Origin: an uncultured Collinsella sp.
Lineage (GTDB): Bacteria; Actinomycetota; Coriobacteriia; Coriobacteriales; Coriobacteriaceae
Length of the DNA: 64,000 nt
Direction of reading: 5' to 3'
Assembly: GCA_900540095.1 (NCBI GenBank)
Contig: UQEO01000001.1
Span: 3,308 to 67,307 of the forward strand
Shown: piece by piece, positions 60,321 to 64,000 of the stretch
Layout of the letters: the number at the start of each line of letters is the position of its first letter
Numbering within the stretch: position 1 is the stretch's first letter
Made by a program: the position numbers and the translations under genes
Notes under the pieces: generated by a model
The model's input: the letters and a program-made list of their open reading frames with translations, nothing else
The model's database searches: none
Told to the model about the DNA's origin: nothing

Positions 60321-61262
60321 TTAACGATGTGCCAGCGGGTGCGCCGCCAAATAGACCTCGGTCAGTTGCGTACGATCGACATGCGTGTAGACCTGCGTGG
60401 TCGATATATCGGCATGTCCCAAGATCTCCTGTAGCACACGGAGGTCTGCGCCGCCCGCAAGCATATGGGTGGCAAAGGAGTGACGCAGCGTATGGGGATG
60501 GAGCCCCACCAGTCCCACCTGGCGCCCGTAGCGCTCACAGATGGCATGGATGCCCTGGCGCGACAGACGGCGGCCGTTCTTATTTAAAAAGACCGCCGAG
60601 GTCTCGGTTCCGCGGGCATGGGCCGCCAAGCGAGAACGCCCCTCAGTTACATAAAGCGTCAGAGCTCGCGCCGCGCTTCCTACCAGCGGGGACAGGCGTT
60701 CCTTCGAGCCCTTACCACGAACGAGCACAAAGCCATCGTCGATATGGATATCGCCCACATCGAGCCCCACCAACTCGCTCACACGCAAACCGCATCCGTA
60801 GAGCACTTCCAAGATGGCATGGTCACGCAAGCCCATCTCGCCCTCGGGGAAATCTTGATCGAGCAGCGCCGAGACATCCTCCACCGATAGATACTCCGGC
60901 AAACGCTCAGCCTTTTTAGGCAGGCGCAACGCCGCCGTTGGATTTTGGGCCACAGCCCCATCGCGCACCAAAAAGGCATGCAGGCCCTTCACGGCCGCAA
61001 GCGCACGCTCCACCGAGGCATCCGAATAGCCCCCATCGCGACGGTCGGCGACAAAGCCCTCCACGACCTGACGGGTCACCTCTTCAAAAGACACAATACC
61101 CGCCCGCTCCAGATAGGCGCAGTACGTCGTCAGGTCACGACGATAGGCCGCAATCGTGTTGCGCGCCAAACCCCGCTCGACCGCGAGGTAATCGAGATAC
61201 TCCCCCGCCGCCACGGCGAGCGACGAGGGAGTAGCTTCGGTATGTTCCTTATTCGCCGGCAC
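60321..61262 (-). CDS. xerD: Site-specific tyrosine recombinase, XerD-like
   Basis: L.VERGL..NT..AY..DL, G.RVSE, GKG.KER, H.LRHS, LGH and catalytic Y; follows pyrG. Confidence 0.88.
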   Translation of the reverse strand: MPANKEHTEATPSSLAVAAGEYLDYLAVERGLARNTIAAYRRDLTTYCAYLERAGIVSFEEVTRQVVEGFVADRRDGGYSDASVERALAAVKGLHAFLVRDGAVAQNPTAALRLPKKAERLPEYLSVEDVSALLDQDFPEGEMGLRDHAILEVLYGCGLRVSELVGLDVGDIHIDDGFVLVRGKGSKERLSPLVGSAARALTLYVTEGRSRLAAHARGTETSAVFLNKNGRRLSRQGIHAICERYGRQVGLVGLHPHTLRHSFATHMLAGGADLRVLQEILGHADISTTQVYTHVDRTQLTEVYLAAHPLAHR

Positions 61263-61264
61263 CC

Positions 61265-62932
<1,668 letters not shown>

Positions 62933-63104
62933 TTACCTGCGCTTCCCGTAGAAGTTGTCCATACACATCTTACGGGTCTTCATTGTAATACTCGCGACGC
63001 GCGCCGCACGCATTTTTTCTTACGCGCAATCGCATTTCTCCATCTCGAAACAAAACGCCGTCCGGTTGCCCAGGCGGCGTCGTTTCCACTATGAATGCAC
63101 GCTG

Positions 63105-63443
63105 TTATCGATCGGCGGCTTCATCCTCGATCAAGTCCTTCACGAGCATACCGGCACGGATGCCCTCTAGATACCATTCGCCACGCTCCGTGAGACAAAT
63201 ACCATTTGCGAGCTGGCCGCCGTCGTCGCTGTAGCGCGAGACGACCTCGATGATGTCTTCGGATTCCAAGCGTTCAATTGCCGCGCGGGCGCGATACGGA
63301 GACACCCCCACACGCTCGGCAAGCGTCTTGCGCGAAAAGCCATAAAATCCGCCGTTGTCTTCGGACAGCTGTGCGATCTCCATCAGCACCTGCACCTCGA
63401 CACGCTTCATATCGTTGACACTCGCACGACCCTTGCCAGCCAT
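63105..63443 (-). CDS. Small winged helix-turn-helix protein
   Basis: S...LAE..G.S......AI..L HTH with an R...GGQ..N wing; GAGGAGG RBS. Confidence 0.75.
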   Translation of the reverse strand: MAGKGRASVNDMKRVEVQVLMEIAQLSEDNGGFYGFSRKTLAERVGVSPYRARAAIERLESEDIIEVVSRYSDDGGQLANGICLTERGEWYLEGIRAGMLVKDLIEDEAADR

Positions 63444-63634
63444 GGCAGCCTCCTCAAACCGAGCACGGGCATCACCTGCACCGTGCGCGACCGGCACACC
63501 CCATGATGGCCGGCAACATCCATCATGCGGCATCCCCGCAAAAGGATGAAACAGTTAGGGTTATTGTATACCGCCCAAATCGCTTATAGGCAGGTAAACG
63601 GGCTATTTTTAGGTTAAACGGTAGCTTTGTTGAT

Positions 63635-63673
63635 AAAAGGGGCACACCGAATGCATACCCGATGCGCCCCTTT
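63635..63673 (-). terminator. Terminator downstream of the DUF1846 gene
   Basis: AAAAGGGGC/GCCCCTTT stem. Confidence 0.7.
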
Positions 63674-63692
63674 CAGACCAATTAATCCAGGC

Positions 63693-64000
63693 TTAGCGGT
63701 GGAAGAAACCACGGCGCTCGAACTTGGGCTCGCAGCACACGTTGATGCCCAGCTTGCGCAACACCGTCTCGTCCGTCGGCGAGATGATCACGCTAAAGAA
63801 GGCATCGCAGCCGCGCAGCTGCTCCAGGCCCGAAAGGACGCGGGCCGCCGTCTCGCTCGTTGCCGAGGTGATCGAGAGCGCCATAAGCGTCTCGTCGGTG
63901 TGCAGGCGCGGGTTCTTGCTACCCAGGAAATGCGTCTTGAGCTTGCTGATAGGCTCGATCGCCTCATCGCTAATGACCTCGAGCTCAAGGTCAACGCCCG
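63693..64000 (-). CDS. DUF1846 family protein (3' end, truncated by the window)
   Basis: NPRLHTDE.L.ALS...LRGC.A.....S..DE....KLG..V.CEP C-terminal pattern. Confidence 0.75.
   Translation of the reverse strand, partial: GVDLELEVISDEAIEPISKLKTHFLGSKNPRLHTDETLMALSITSATSETAARVLSGLEQLRGCDAFFSVIISPTDETVLRKLGINVCCEPKFERRGFFHR

Noticed and set aside
60321..61262. Tyrosine recombinase as an integrase of a mobile island
   Set aside because: XerD-like N-terminus, housekeeping pyrG context, and no att sites or cargo genes.

Overview
High-GC, mostly core-genome window. Gene content and style point to a Coriobacteriia (Collinsella-like) actinobacterium; this is an inference, not a database match. Left half: Moco genes, a CLC-F-type fluoride exporter, arfB, xpt, metY, RNase P RNA, rpsA, a frameshifted YhaM/CyuA-like gene, rpiB, ndk, argGH, polA, an M18 aminopeptidase, yaaA and a TPP riboswitch-thiC-thiD block. 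Middle: a pentapeptide-repeat gene, a degenerate PARG-like gene, a small SOS-box gene, pit/DUF47 and a nitroreductase. Right half: a division/cell-wall (dcw) cluster from mraZ to divIVA, then xerD and pyrG. No transposase, prophage, CRISPR array, rRNA or tRNA was seen. Most notable observations: (1) a complete pstSCAB-phoU operon embedded in the dcw cluster and overlapping the pgeF stop, with OmpR/PhoP-like, FtsR-like and NrdR-like boxes in dcw promoters; (2) several palindromic MITE/REP-like elements with a one-sided C-to-T compositional shadow in neighbouring genes; (3) a probable non-AUG (ATC) start for yggT; (4) a candidate sRNA next to rnpB; (5) an unannotated 56-aa ORF between argG and argH. 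All product calls rest on motifs recognised by eye and on synteny; no searches were run.
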